Source: Bacteriovoracia bacterium (GTDB lineage: Bacteria > Bdellovibrionota > Bacteriovoracia > Bacteriovoracales > Bacteriovoracaceae). Taken from it: a stretch of DNA of 50,289 bases. A program made the translations under genes and the position numbers. The stretch covers positions 1 to 50,289 of the forward strand of contig JBKHVI010000016.1 of assembly GCA_046570105.1 (NCBI GenBank), in the 5' to 3' direction. Numbering within the stretch: the first letter of the stretch is position 1; each line of letters begins with the position of its first letter. A model generated the notes under the pieces. The model was not told the origin of the DNA. It worked only from the letters and a program-made list of their open reading frames with translations, and searched no databases. This document shows, piece after piece, positions 1 through 9,726 of the stretch.

Positions 1-1137
1 CATATTTGGGGCGGCGGGGTTGCCGGGCTCTTAATGGCCCACCATCTCTCGAAAGAGGGATATAAAATCCATCTCTATGAAAAAGCCGCGCGCGTTGGTG
101 GCAAGATCCATAGTCATCAATTAGCAAGTGGTGTGATTGAAGAAGGCCCCAACGCCATTTTTGCCACTCCCGAAATTGAGATATGGCTCAAGAGTCTCGG
201 TCTCAATGTCATCGCTGCCACTCCTAAACTTAAACGTCGCATCTGGAATCAAAAACCTTACGCACCATTATCTCTCTCGCGTGCTCTTAAATTAGTCACT
301 CGCTTGTGGATGAAAACACCTGCCTTCACAGATGAAACAACGGTTGCCGATTTTTTTCGCCCGCTCTTGGATAAAGACGTTGAAGAGTTACTCTCCCCTG
401 CTCTGCAAGGAATTTACGGCAGTGGTGCCCATGAGCTGACAGTCACTTCCCTCTGGCCCCACCTCCCAAAAGGTGTCAGCTACTTTGAGGCTTTTAAAAG
501 TATCAAAGGACCCCGAGCACGCTCTGTTAGCTTCACTGGTGGCATGAAAGAGTTCATCGAGGCCCTCGCACAAAGTTTTTCTGGTGAAATTCATTTGAAC
601 CACCAAGGCCCATTTATTTTAAGGCCCAACACTATTATTTGCACCGACGCTCATGCCGCAAGTGAAGTTTTGCAAACAAGCTGGCCTTCAGGTAGTCGCG
701 CTTTAAGTGAAGTGCAGTATCTTCCCCTACAAAGCGTGGCGGTATTGAATACTCCACCGGCCGAAACCTATCGCACTTTTGGCTATCTCTTCCCTCGCAC
801 TAGCGGAATACAATCCCTCGGTGTGCTTTTTAATCAAGAAATTTTCCCTGGGCGCACAGGCATGACCTTTATTGTGCCAGGGAATGAGTTTGCTGAATCA
901 CTAGTTACTTCTGATCTACAAAGACTAGGCTGGGCCACAGGAGAGATGAAAATTCATTCGTGGCACAAGGCCCTCCCTCGCTACAACCAGGCCCGTACTC
1001 AAGCAATCAAAAAACTTCACTCAGACAAGACTAGACCAGATGGTCTGGTGCTTTTTGGAAATTATGTGGCAGGAATTTCTTTGCGTGACATGATTCAGAC
1101 AAGCGCCTCTTTTTCCACTCCCAAACGACTACATTAG
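1..1137 (+). CDS. hemY: Protoporphyrinogen/coproporphyrinogen oxidase (HemY-like FAD oxidoreductase), 5'-truncated by the window edge
   Basis: Frame is open from base 1 (HIWGGGVAGLLMAHHL = GxGxxG FAD motif), so the true start lies upstream. Also has 'E..RVGGKI', 'EEGPNAI', 'PALQGIYG', 'GGMKEFIEALA' and C-terminal 'GNYVAGISL', typical of HemY. Confidence 0.8.
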   Translation, partial: HIWGGGVAGLLMAHHLSKEGYKIHLYEKAARVGGKIHSHQLASGVIEEGPNAIFATPEIEIWLKSLGLNVIAATPKLKRRIWNQKPYAPLSLSRALKLVTRLWMKTPAFTDETTVADFFRPLLDKDVEELLSPALQGIYGSGAHELTVTSLWPHLPKGVSYFEAFKSIKGPRARSVSFTGGMKEFIEALAQSFSGEIHLNHQGPFILRPNTIICTDAHAASEVLQTSWPSGSRALSEVQYLPLQSVAVLNTPPAETYRTFGYLFPRTSGIQSLGVLFNQEIFPGRTGMTFIVPGNEFAESLVTSDLQRLGWATGEMKIHSWHKALPRYNQARTQAIKKLHSDKTRPDGLVLFGNYVAGISLRDMIQTSASFSTPKRLH

Positions 1138-1146
1138 GAGCATCCC

Positions 1147-1965
1147 ATGGCCGAAAATTTTCCATATCTCCACGGTTTCTCAGAAAAAGAACAAGCACGC
1201 TTACGTGCTCAAGCTGCTTTCGCGGAACAAACTGTCTATGGAGGGCTGTCGCTTGGTGAAGGAAAAAATATTCTAGAAGTTGGTTGTGGCGTTGGTGCGC
1301 AAAGTGAAATTCTACTGCGACGCTTTCCCAAAATTAACATCACGGGAATAGATCTCAATCCTAAGCAGTTGGCAGCGGCCCAAAAGAATCTGGAAAAACA
1401 CTCGTGGGCAAAAGATCGCTGGGAACTCAAACAAATGTCGGCCGACGATATGACCTTTGAAAATCAAAGTTTTGATGGGGCCTTTATCTGTTGGCTCTTG
1501 GAACACGTACCGAGTCCGGCCAAGGTTCTAGCAGAAGTACGTCGAGTGCTTCGTCCTGGTGGTCGCGTGGTGATTACAGAAGTGATGAATTCATCCTTCT
1601 TTCTAGATCCCTACTCACCGAATGTTTGGAAATACTGGATGGCGTTTAATGATTATCAACATGATCAAGCGGGTGATCCCTTTGTTGGAGCAAAATTAGG
1701 AAATCTCTTAACGGCCGGTGGGTTTAGAGATGTGCGCACAGAAGTTAAGACCTGGCATTTCGATAACCGCGTTCCTGGTCAGCGCAAAGAAGCAATAGAG
1801 TATTGGACAGAACTACTACTCTCAGGAGCAGATGCACTTGTCGAAGCTAAATATGTGGATAAAGAAGTTGTAACGGCGGCAGAAAAAGAACTTAAAGCTG
1901 TAGCCCGTGACCCTAATGCTGTCTTTTTCTACTCATTTATTCAGGCATCAGCGTTAGCGAGCTAG
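1147..1965 (+). CDS. Class I SAM-dependent methyltransferase
   Basis: Motif I 'ILEVGCGVG', 'TGIDLN', 'FDGAFICWLLEHVPSPAKVLAEVRRVLRPGG'; AGGAG RBS upstream. Confidence 0.85.
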   Translation: MAENFPYLHGFSEKEQARLRAQAAFAEQTVYGGLSLGEGKNILEVGCGVGAQSEILLRRFPKINITGIDLNPKQLAAAQKNLEKHSWAKDRWELKQMSADDMTFENQSFDGAFICWLLEHVPSPAKVLAEVRRVLRPGGRVVITEVMNSSFFLDPYSPNVWKYWMAFNDYQHDQAGDPFVGAKLGNLLTAGGFRDVRTEVKTWHFDNRVPGQRKEAIEYWTELLLSGADALVEAKYVDKEVVTAAEKELKAVARDPNAVFFYSFIQASALAS

Positions 1966-3659
1966 TATTCGTTTTCTTCTTCCTCTTCAACTCGTAGTAA
2001 TTCTTCCAGACGAACGTGGGCGCCTAGGCGTCCACTCCCGTCTGAACTAAAATTGACAGTCTCAAGGCCCAAGCCTGAGAATTCTGGGTAGTTGAGTGAA
2101 AGAACATCCTTGCCCAAGAACTTATTCAACTTCTGCTTAATCGTTTTCAAGATCTTACCTTTAAAGCGAGGTACATCCTGAATGGTACTTTCCAGATTAA
2201 GTGCAGGAATTCCGTTACGCAAAATATGATCACTTAAATCGGCATCCACCATCTTCACTAGTAGAACGGGGATATTTCCAGCTTTCTTCTCAATTCTCAT
2301 CGAACATTTTAGCACCAGAGGAAAGCGGATTTTACTCTGACCGACGGCCAGTCTCTGAAGACCTTTTATGTCATAAATCACATCAGCGTAGAGGGTGGCT
2401 GTTTCGCCTTTTTCATCTAGGCGGATAAACACTTTTCTAGGACCTAAAGCTGCATCCGCCTCTGCTAACATTTCAGTATAAAGTCCTGCATCGAAAGTCG
2501 CTCCCAACAATTTGTTGAGATAGTCTTCTGAAATACTCGCCACCAAGTTCACATCACCGGACAACGAATCCTTGATTGCATCCATTGAGTTTTGATGATC
2601 TTCAAGAGTGATCAATGACGATGGCGTCTTAGTTTCTTTTAAATTTACACAATTTTTATTAAAGGACTTGAAGCGACTATTGGTACAAAAATCGGCCGGT
2701 AAGCTCACTTCTAGGTTTTTATCAAAACGACCAGATGAAATCTTGCCGATGGTAAATTGACTTGAAACTGAGTTCGTACTCAACCAGTGTTCGCGAGGGA
2801 TAACAACTTCTTCCAATACTTTTACGATAGGAGCTGCGGCTCCTTCTTGCAATTTTACACGTAACTGATCGATTAGAAGTGACTTCAATTGATCTTCACG
2901 AGCAGCGATAAAGTTTTTTACTTTTTCAGGCTCGATTACAACTGTTTTGCTGCCGATCCGAACTGAGATGCGGGGAATTTCTAAATCCGCAAAGCCCATT
3001 TCAATACTATTAGGTCTTGTCGCTAACAAATCAGCGATTTTGGCAAAATCACTTTGTAATACTTTGAAACGGATATCATCTTTACCTTCTACTAATTGAA
3101 CCGATGCGCCCACCGTTAAATGGTTCTGGCCTTCAGTCAGGAAGAATGGCTTTTTAATTTTCACTTCAACCAAGGGCATTTGTCCGCCGCTGGCCGTTGG
3201 TATCTCAAGGATTAAGCTAATTTCGTCCGAGATCACTTTGATTTCTCCGGCCGAAAAATCACCATCAACAATAAGACCCTTATTTGTTTTACGAGTCGTT
3301 TTCAGATCGGTCGTGATACTGCCAATTTCATAAGAAAAGTTCTTAACAACAATACGAGAGCGGGCATTTAAAAGTTTAACCCCGATCATTTGGCCCAAAT
3401 CGTTTAATAGCGCACGTGATCCAGGAGCGACAAGCTGAGAGGCGACAGAATCAACAATAACAATCTCTGTTTCCACTTTGTTTCTAAATGGATCAGCGTG
3501 ACCCTTATTAACTAAAAGACGTCGGATTTTTTGAACGAGCATGTCACTCCAGTTAAAATCTAACTTGGAGTCAATCACGATATCCGGAGTGTTTTGCATG
3601 ACCGTGGCCATGGCACTGCTGGCAAAAATAAGAGTCAGTATGAGCGCTAAACTTTTCAT
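1962..3659 (-). CDS. Secreted hypothetical protein, putative BPI/LBP (TULIP)-like lipid-binding fold
   Basis: Signal peptide MKSLALILTLIFASSAMA; long beta-strand-rich segments; 'LVASISEDYLNKLLGATFDAGL' resembles the BPI C-terminal-domain helix motif. The fold is inferred. Confidence 0.55.
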   Translation of the reverse strand: MKSLALILTLIFASSAMATVMQNTPDIVIDSKLDFNWSDMLVQKIRRLLVNKGHADPFRNKVETEIVIVDSVASQLVAPGSRALLNDLGQMIGVKLLNARSRIVVKNFSYEIGSITTDLKTTRKTNKGLIVDGDFSAGEIKVISDEISLILEIPTASGGQMPLVEVKIKKPFFLTEGQNHLTVGASVQLVEGKDDIRFKVLQSDFAKIADLLATRPNSIEMGFADLEIPRISVRIGSKTVVIEPEKVKNFIAAREDQLKSLLIDQLRVKLQEGAAAPIVKVLEEVVIPREHWLSTNSVSSQFTIGKISSGRFDKNLEVSLPADFCTNSRFKSFNKNCVNLKETKTPSSLITLEDHQNSMDAIKDSLSGDVNLVASISEDYLNKLLGATFDAGLYTEMLAEADAALGPRKVFIRLDEKGETATLYADVIYDIKGLQRLAVGQSKIRFPLVLKCSMRIEKKAGNIPVLLVKMVDADLSDHILRNGIPALNLESTIQDVPRFKGKILKTIKQKLNKFLGKDVLSLNYPEFSGLGLETVNFSSDGSGRLGAHVRLEELLRVEEEEENEY

Positions 3660-5518
3660 TACTGACAGCCCCCAGCTGTTGACGTTGGGTTGCTATTGAG
3701 TTCACGCAAATCTAGTTTTGTGATATCGGCCGACAACATCATGTAGGCCGAATCAACTAAGCGCAGTGACTTTGGTTCAATGCGAAGACCTTTTTGGCTT
3801 AAGTATGAGTCTAGAGGGAAACGGAATTCCTTATTCACAAATGCGCCTAGACCCGTCGCCAACTGCTCAAGCACAGTATCCCTCACAACTCCAGTCACAA
3901 ATGGAACAGAGTTAGGATAATTAAAGTCGTTTCTTAAAGCTGAAGTCGAAACGAATGGAGAATTTACTTTAAGCATCAGCTCCAATTTTCCTGCAGCATT
4001 CTTTACCAAGCGAGGCATTGCTTCTAATTGAACAGGAAAGTATAGAACTGCGCTGGTATCACTTTCTAGCCAAACTGCAATTAAGCGCTTAATGCGGGCC
4101 CAGACACCATCGGCAGCTGTTTCCTTAAGGTGCACACGCATATTCGCAACAATATAGTAACGATCGTACTCTGGTCTGAAGCCAGTCTTAAAATGCGCTT
4201 TAATACTCGTGATATAAATCCCAGACATATTTGGTTGTTTACGAATGAGTTCCTGGAACACACCCGTAGAACTTAGTAAATCAAGTGAGGCGTTAATCAT
4301 CGGCTCACTTATTGCGAGAGCGACATGGTCCTTGCGATCCACCAACTTATCAATATCGAGCGCTGGAAGTTTTCTTGATGAATTCGCTACGGTTGTACGC
4401 ATGAACCATGATCTTTGATTCATACGAAGTGCACCATTCAGGCGCAACTCAACATCTTGATCAAGTGGTGTGCGGACAGACTTCATACTGACATCAAACG
4501 ATGCGGACTTAACAATTCGTGCCAAGTCTTGTTGTAGAATTTCCATGAGAGTCGGTTGGTTCTTATTATCACCAGCATAAATACTAAACTGATGATCACG
4601 CGTGCCCAAGGCAACTGGAAGTGAGGTGTAACCTCCACCGCTGGCCGGTTTGTCTTCGCTGCCCATCTCCAACAAACGAAGACTTGTAGGCAAACATTGA
4701 TTCTTAAGTGCTTTGTTAACCATTTCTGCGAGATCGCCAGCAATAAACTCTGAAGCAAAGCTCAAAAGTTTTTGCGCTAAGAAATCACGACGAGCGAGAA
4801 TTTCACTACGAATACCAGAGGTATCGAGCTGTGACTCTTGGTCGTTAATAATAATTGAAATGGGTGGAACAATTACATCACCAATACTGATATCAAGCTT
4901 AGGGCCTGAGGCAATATTGCTCACAACTTTAAGCAAAGTCATGCGGGCCTTATCAGCCGCCATGTTTACTTTGAAGTCAGCGGTTAGGCTTACTTTGTTA
5001 CCTGCTCGCAAGGCGACAGATACATTTTTAAAACTTGCTTTTAGACCATTGCCGCAACGTGAACCTTTCTTCGTTTCACAAAGAGAGAGATCGCGAGCAG
5101 ATAATTTCACCTTATCAACAACAAATGAAATTTTAAGATCAAACCCACTTGAAGTATAATTAGACACTTTGGTGCGTAGACTTGATTCAACGATGCTGCC
5201 AACCACCGAGATCTCAGAATTTGAAACATAAAAAGGCAGATCTTTAGTGAGGTTTACATCAGAAACTTCATTTAATATTCCTACAATTGGATTTTTTGCG
5301 AGATCGGCGCGTGCGACTTTGAAACTATAAAGCCCGGCAGGAATCTTAAAGCCTGTTTGCCCGTTGCCCGCTTGGTTATATTGCAGTGACATTTTCATCA
5401 ACTGCACAATGCCTGCGTGATTCATACGAAGCATCATCTGGTCTTGTGCCCATGTCGCAAAAGACATACTCAAAACCAGTATTAGTAATAGACCACGCAT
5501 AAGCGTTCTCCCCGTCAT
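3659..5518 (-). CDS. Secreted hypothetical protein, putative BPI/LBP (TULIP)-like lipid-binding fold
   Basis: Signal peptide ending ATWA; 'MMLRMNHAGIVQL' and 'VALAISEPMINASLDLLSSTG' resemble BPI N- and C-domain start motifs; its stop overlaps the next start (TAATG). Confidence 0.55.
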   Translation of the reverse strand: MTGRTLMRGLLLILVLSMSFATWAQDQMMLRMNHAGIVQLMKMSLQYNQAGNGQTGFKIPAGLYSFKVARADLAKNPIVGILNEVSDVNLTKDLPFYVSNSEISVVGSIVESSLRTKVSNYTSSGFDLKISFVVDKVKLSARDLSLCETKKGSRCGNGLKASFKNVSVALRAGNKVSLTADFKVNMAADKARMTLLKVVSNIASGPKLDISIGDVIVPPISIIINDQESQLDTSGIRSEILARRDFLAQKLLSFASEFIAGDLAEMVNKALKNQCLPTSLRLLEMGSEDKPASGGGYTSLPVALGTRDHQFSIYAGDNKNQPTLMEILQQDLARIVKSASFDVSMKSVRTPLDQDVELRLNGALRMNQRSWFMRTTVANSSRKLPALDIDKLVDRKDHVALAISEPMINASLDLLSSTGVFQELIRKQPNMSGIYITSIKAHFKTGFRPEYDRYYIVANMRVHLKETAADGVWARIKRLIAVWLESDTSAVLYFPVQLEAMPRLVKNAAGKLELMLKVNSPFVSTSALRNDFNYPNSVPFVTGVVRDTVLEQLATGLGAFVNKEFRFPLDSYLSQKGLRIEPKSLRLVDSAYMMLSADITKLDLRELNSNPTSTAGGCQ

Positions 5519-5602
5519 AAGACCAAGCTATAGGGGTCTAATATGCAAAGGGAAGGCCATTCAACTACTTAGGAAGTCGCGGGGTTACAGAGGGAAAAGT
5601 GT

Positions 5603-6586
5603 CTAAATTTTAGACAGTGTAGAAGGCTTCCAGCCATTTCGATGGCTTTGCAAATGCGCCTGTCTTAACTCAGTCAAAAGGAAGGAATCCTTGGATTTAC
5701 TAGCGATCTCCCAAGTCTGCAGTTGCTGGAGAAGGTCGCGCACTTCGAGTTGGTTCCAACCTCGAGCGAGTGTCTGAATCTCTTGGTCATATTTCGTTAA
5801 GCGCGCCTTATCCTTGAGATAGCTTACATCGGCGAGCTTCAACAAATGGCCCTGCAAAAATGAGAATAAACCGCGATATCGATCGAAGTCTTCCTCAATC
5901 GACAATAAACGTTTGAAGAATGGCTCCCATGCCTTTTTACCCATATCACGGGCCAGCGCGAATTGATCCAGGCGATCCACTCCGATCAAATCTTGCACTT
6001 CTTTAAGAGTGATTGAATTTTTCTCTGGGTGATTGAGTTTAATCAAACGACAGGCATCAAAGAGTGGCATGAATTCATTTTCAATCGCTTCGACTAGATA
6101 GTTCTTACTATCGTGTCCCAAAGGCAGGCGGAAGAAAGTACAGAGAAAATCAACCAGCTTGGCGGTTTCCCAGAAGCGAGGAGCTTCGAGTTGAATATGT
6201 GTGACATTTTCCAGTTTCAAAAACTTCTTGAGATAGGCGGTATCAGAATGAAAGGCCAAAGCAAGTGCGCGCCCCTCAAGCAACAAATCATCACGTAAAA
6301 GAATATCACGCGCAGCAATCGGTGCCTCATCAGGTGTATTAATAATCCACGATTCAGTATTACCAAATAGGCCGAGTGATAAGAATTGATCCTCGATCCA
6401 AGAGGCCTGAACTTCATTCCCGACCACTTGCTTAGGCCGCTCAGTTACACCGGCCAACAAATGATCTTTCATCAAACGCAAAGCCAGTGGATCAAAGGCT
6501 TGTAGCGCAACTCGACCCGAAAGAGAGCTCCAGCTCCCCTTTGGATATGATTGAAAAAAGTCCCATAATTGCCACTTAGAATGCAT
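5603..6586 (-). CDS. holA: DNA polymerase III delta subunit, divergent
   Basis: 327 aa; 'LSLGLFG' and 'ITLKEVQDLIG..RLDQFALA' match HolA patterns; directly downstream of an lptE-like gene (lptE-holA synteny is common). Confidence 0.65.
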   Translation of the reverse strand: MHSKWQLWDFFQSYPKGSWSSLSGRVALQAFDPLALRLMKDHLLAGVTERPKQVVGNEVQASWIEDQFLSLGLFGNTESWIINTPDEAPIAARDILLRDDLLLEGRALALAFHSDTAYLKKFLKLENVTHIQLEAPRFWETAKLVDFLCTFFRLPLGHDSKNYLVEAIENEFMPLFDACRLIKLNHPEKNSITLKEVQDLIGVDRLDQFALARDMGKKAWEPFFKRLLSIEEDFDRYRGLFSFLQGHLLKLADVSYLKDKARLTKYDQEIQTLARGWNQLEVRDLLQQLQTWEIASKSKDSFLLTELRQAHLQSHRNGWKPSTLSKI

Positions 6587-7226
6587 AAAGAATCATGTCT
6601 CGGATTTGTTCAGCGGCTTTCATCGCCAAAGTCTCTTTGGTGCGACGAAGAGCGCCGGCGTTTTGAGTACCGACCACACTGACGGCTTCTTTGTCCAAGT
6701 ACTCTCGGTTAAAAGCTTCAGTCAGATGGAAAGTTTCGTTAAAGAGGATCTTTCCTTGCGCCGGAAGCTTTTGTCCTAAATCCGATTGCAACAATGCCAA
6801 CTCATCTTCCGTCGGACGCTTAATGACAATCACTTGGAGTGACAAATAAACCACGGTCGCACCAGGAACATAGAATTCCGGTCGCTCAGTCCCGATTTTA
6901 TCTGGTGCTACCCCTTGGGCCACCCGCAAGTTGGTGGGCACAAGCGTTTCAGTTAATCTCTCTGGTGAACGAATAATACCCACCATCACAGCATCAGCAC
7001 TACGCGACCATCCCGACTTGAGTTTTAATCCGCTAAAACCGCTCAAAAGCTTGTAGGTTTCGCGGGTAAAACTTGAAGAGACTTCTGGAAGCGATGAGAA
7101 GTTATAAAACATAGGGAGAGAGAGGGAATCAACGCCGTATTGCTGAAACGGATTGCTGGTTTGCCCATAGCGAAAACCGCTACAGGAGACCATAAACATA
7201 AGACAAATCAGGGCAATATGACGCAT
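6576..7226 (-). CDS. lptE: LptE-like lipoprotein (LPS assembly)
   Basis: Lipobox 'MVSC-SGFRY', 'SLSLPMFYNFS', C-terminal helix 'LAMKAAEQIRDMILYAF'; upstream of holA. Confidence 0.6.
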   Translation of the reverse strand: MRHIALICLMFMVSCSGFRYGQTSNPFQQYGVDSLSLPMFYNFSSLPEVSSSFTRETYKLLSGFSGLKLKSGWSRSADAVMVGIIRSPERLTETLVPTNLRVAQGVAPDKIGTERPEFYVPGATVVYLSLQVIVIKRPTEDELALLQSDLGQKLPAQGKILFNETFHLTEAFNREYLDKEAVSVVGTQNAGALRRTKETLAMKAAEQIRDMILYAF

Positions 7227-7263
7227 GGCCTTTTATATCATGTCAGAGGTATAACGAGAAGCC

Positions 7264-7773
7264 ATGTGGAAGAAACTCAAATTTTCGGCCTTTGTTCCTG
7301 CAGTGCGCGGCGAAGGAATGTCTGCTCCTGAAGAGTGGCAGCGCTTCGTTGAGGGCTTCGATTTTTTTGCTCTGATCGAAGCTTGGCGCGATATCGTGGG
7401 TGATATGCAGGCAGAACAATCCATCCCATTGCGTCTCAAAAATCGCACGCTTTTCATTCTCACCAAACACCCCGCGATTGCTTCCAACATGAAGTACTCG
7501 GAAGCACTCTTGCTCAAAAAAATCGCTGAACGCTTCCCTGAAGCGGCACCTATGTTAAAGCAAATTGCCTTTGAATCAAACGAGGCTTTTTTCCTAGAAA
7601 AGGCCAAGGTTCATATCAAACCTCGTCCGGCCAAACTTCACCCTTTCTCCCCTGAGTACCGCCGGGCCCGTGCCGAAGCTGAAAAAATCTTCAGCGACGC
7701 CAGCGATCCTGTTGAAAAAGAACGCTGGATCTCCCTTTATATCCAAAGCACCACGACTCCACCTAAAGAGTAA
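7264..7773 (+). CDS. dciA: DciA/DUF721 family protein (replicative helicase loader)
   Basis: 'LIEAWRDIVGD..AEQSIPLRLKNRTLFI...HPAIA....KYSE..LLKKI' matches the DUF721 pattern. Confidence 0.7.
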   Translation: MWKKLKFSAFVPAVRGEGMSAPEEWQRFVEGFDFFALIEAWRDIVGDMQAEQSIPLRLKNRTLFILTKHPAIASNMKYSEALLLKKIAERFPEAAPMLKQIAFESNEAFFLEKAKVHIKPRPAKLHPFSPEYRRARAEAEKIFSDASDPVEKERWISLYIQSTTTPPKE

Positions 7774-7827
7774 GTAGAATTTACCGGCCCACCCCCACGT
7801 ATCGTCCTTATCCCTTACCCTTTATTT

Positions 7828-8394
7828 ATGAAAACACTGCTCACTTTGGTTTTATCCATGCTGTCGCTTGCTACTCATGCAAGCATCAATCGCTGCGAGA
7901 TTCATAACAAACTTATCTGTCAAAATCTCAAAGCAGAAATGGGCTCGACTCCTACCAAAGAAATGTTTTTTTTCATCAAGGCCATTGTTGAAAAAGAAAG
8001 TGGCTGGGACGAAATGAGTTCGCGCCAAGAACCCGATGGTCGAGTGAGTTATGGTTTGATGCATGTTCTAGACGAAACGGCCGCTGAGATGGGCCTGAGT
8101 AATCCCAAGGCCATGTATAAGGCCGACATCGCTCTTCGCTACGGCATTCGCTACGCTCTTAAAAAAATCAAAGAAGCTCAAAATAAGCCACGCGGAGAAT
8201 ACTCCGTCTGGCGCAAAGCTGCTGCCGGCTACAACGCTGGCAGCATCCGCTACCGCGCAAATGGCACGCTCATCTGTCACAGCGAAAATATCGGTAATGG
8301 AAAACGCTTAGGTTACGATGAGGCCATCGAAAACTTACAACAACACTTCTTACAAGAATGTCGTCACTGGTCGATTCAGATGCTTTGTAAGTGA
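7828..8394 (+). CDS. Secreted lytic transglycosylase (SLT domain)
   Basis: Signal peptide; SLT motifs 'AIVEKESGW' (catalytic Glu), 'SYGLMHV', 'YGIRY', 'AAGYNAG'. Confidence 0.85.
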   Translation: MKTLLTLVLSMLSLATHASINRCEIHNKLICQNLKAEMGSTPTKEMFFFIKAIVEKESGWDEMSSRQEPDGRVSYGLMHVLDETAAEMGLSNPKAMYKADIALRYGIRYALKKIKEAQNKPRGEYSVWRKAAAGYNAGSIRYRANGTLICHSENIGNGKRLGYDEAIENLQQHFLQECRHWSIQMLCK

Positions 8395-8424
8395 CAGCCC
8401 AAAAATCCCGCTTTAGCATAACTC

Positions 8425-9726
8425 ATGATTATTATCTTCTGGATTATGAGTGCACTCGCTCTATCGCCTCAATCACCTAAAGATATCCTTAAGGATACAG
8501 CAGAAAATTTAAATGCCCATAAGACCCTTCATAATGAAGGCTGGTTATTTATTCCCTCTTCAAAACAAGCTCTCGAATTCAGCCAAAAAATGAGTATTGA
8601 TACTGCAGCAGAAGCCATCGAGAAAATAAAAAAGAGACATCATAAACTAAAAATCAATCCGACAAATGTAATTCCTGCCGCAAAGACTGCCCTAGAAACC
8701 TCAATTCCAGAAGCCAAGAAACAGCAAGCTGATGTCAAAAAATCCTCAAAACAAATGGCTAAAAATCTAAATCGATATTCAAATGAATCATTCAAGTCCG
8801 CATGGAATAGCTTAATTCTTGGAACAATTAGCTGGAATAAGCTTACAATTGACGAAGTCAGGCAGATTAAAAAATTAACTCGAATAAATGAAACCCAAAC
8901 GTGGGGACAAAGACTTAGATCTCAGCATTATGCAGATGTTGAAATAAGTTGGCAGTCTGCAATCAACCGTGCTCAAGAAGAATTTAATCAATCGTACGAA
9001 AAATCCGGCCAGCGTAGTAACTCACTCTTAGCATTACCTGACATTATCTGGGGACACTTGAAAGCGATGTGGTATGGCCTAGTCAAACCCGTAACGCATT
9101 CAACCTACTTTGCTGTCGAAGAGAGCTTTGTTCTAACTGAAAAAACAGTTCGTTCGTTAGGTGGAGTTCTCTACTATTCAACAAAAGCTAGTGGGCGGAT
9201 CATAGGCGAAAATCTCAAAGCTGGTTTATTGGCATCAGTTGCCATTCTTAGCTTCATCGCAGAGAAACCAGTGCAATACAGTTTAGAAGGTCTTGGTTAT
9301 ATCAATCGCGTTGCTTGGCCTGCGACACAAGTGACATCTTCACTTGCCATCGAATCAGCTAAAACCATCGGTCAATCTACTTCTTATGCTGCCAGCATGA
9401 TTTACGAGCTTGGAAAAGAAAGTTCCAAAGTTGCTATCGGCAGCTCGGTTGCAGGTCTCACTTTGGGGCTAAGTTCCCTCACCATTATTCCAGCGCAAAC
9501 ATTACTCTTGTCACTCAATACCGCTTATTTCTTGGTTTATGATGGACCAAAACTTGCTGTGTATGCCATTACTGGCAACATAGGTGATAACTCAATCACT
9601 GATCTGCCTGTTGGAACGGTCATTGACGTCAACAAACTTCCTGAGGATTTCACGAAAGAGATTCTTCCGGTTACTCCGGAAGAATTAGATAAAGTCTTAG
9701 AAAGTATCAAGAGAGATCATCCATGA
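8425..9726 (+). CDS. Secreted/membrane hypothetical protein, paralog of the downstream gene
   Basis: Signal peptide, helical charged N-half, hydrophobic C-terminal segments; shares N- and C-terminal motifs with 9723..11690. Confidence 0.75.
   Translation: MIIIFWIMSALALSPQSPKDILKDTAENLNAHKTLHNEGWLFIPSSKQALEFSQKMSIDTAAEAIEKIKKRHHKLKINPTNVIPAAKTALETSIPEAKKQQADVKKSSKQMAKNLNRYSNESFKSAWNSLILGTISWNKLTIDEVRQIKKLTRINETQTWGQRLRSQHYADVEISWQSAINRAQEEFNQSYEKSGQRSNSLLALPDIIWGHLKAMWYGLVKPVTHSTYFAVEESFVLTEKTVRSLGGVLYYSTKASGRIIGENLKAGLLASVAILSFIAEKPVQYSLEGLGYINRVAWPATQVTSSLAIESAKTIGQSTSYAASMIYELGKESSKVAIGSSVAGLTLGLSSLTIIPAQTLLLSLNTAYFLVYDGPKLAVYAITGNIGDNSITDLPVGTVIDVNKLPEDFTKEILPVTPEELDKVLESIKRDHP

Noticed and set aside
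7233..7607. 124-aa minus-strand ORF, and similar shadow ORFs (4713..5159, 14355..14720, 16549..17067, 31591..32157, 41645..42037)
   Set aside because: Antisense to well-supported genes, with no recognisable motifs.
7966..7973. T8 run in the SLT gene as a phase-variation site
   Set aside because: It encodes Phe-Phe-Phe in an intact frame, is shorter than typical slippage runs, and no alternative product was apparent.
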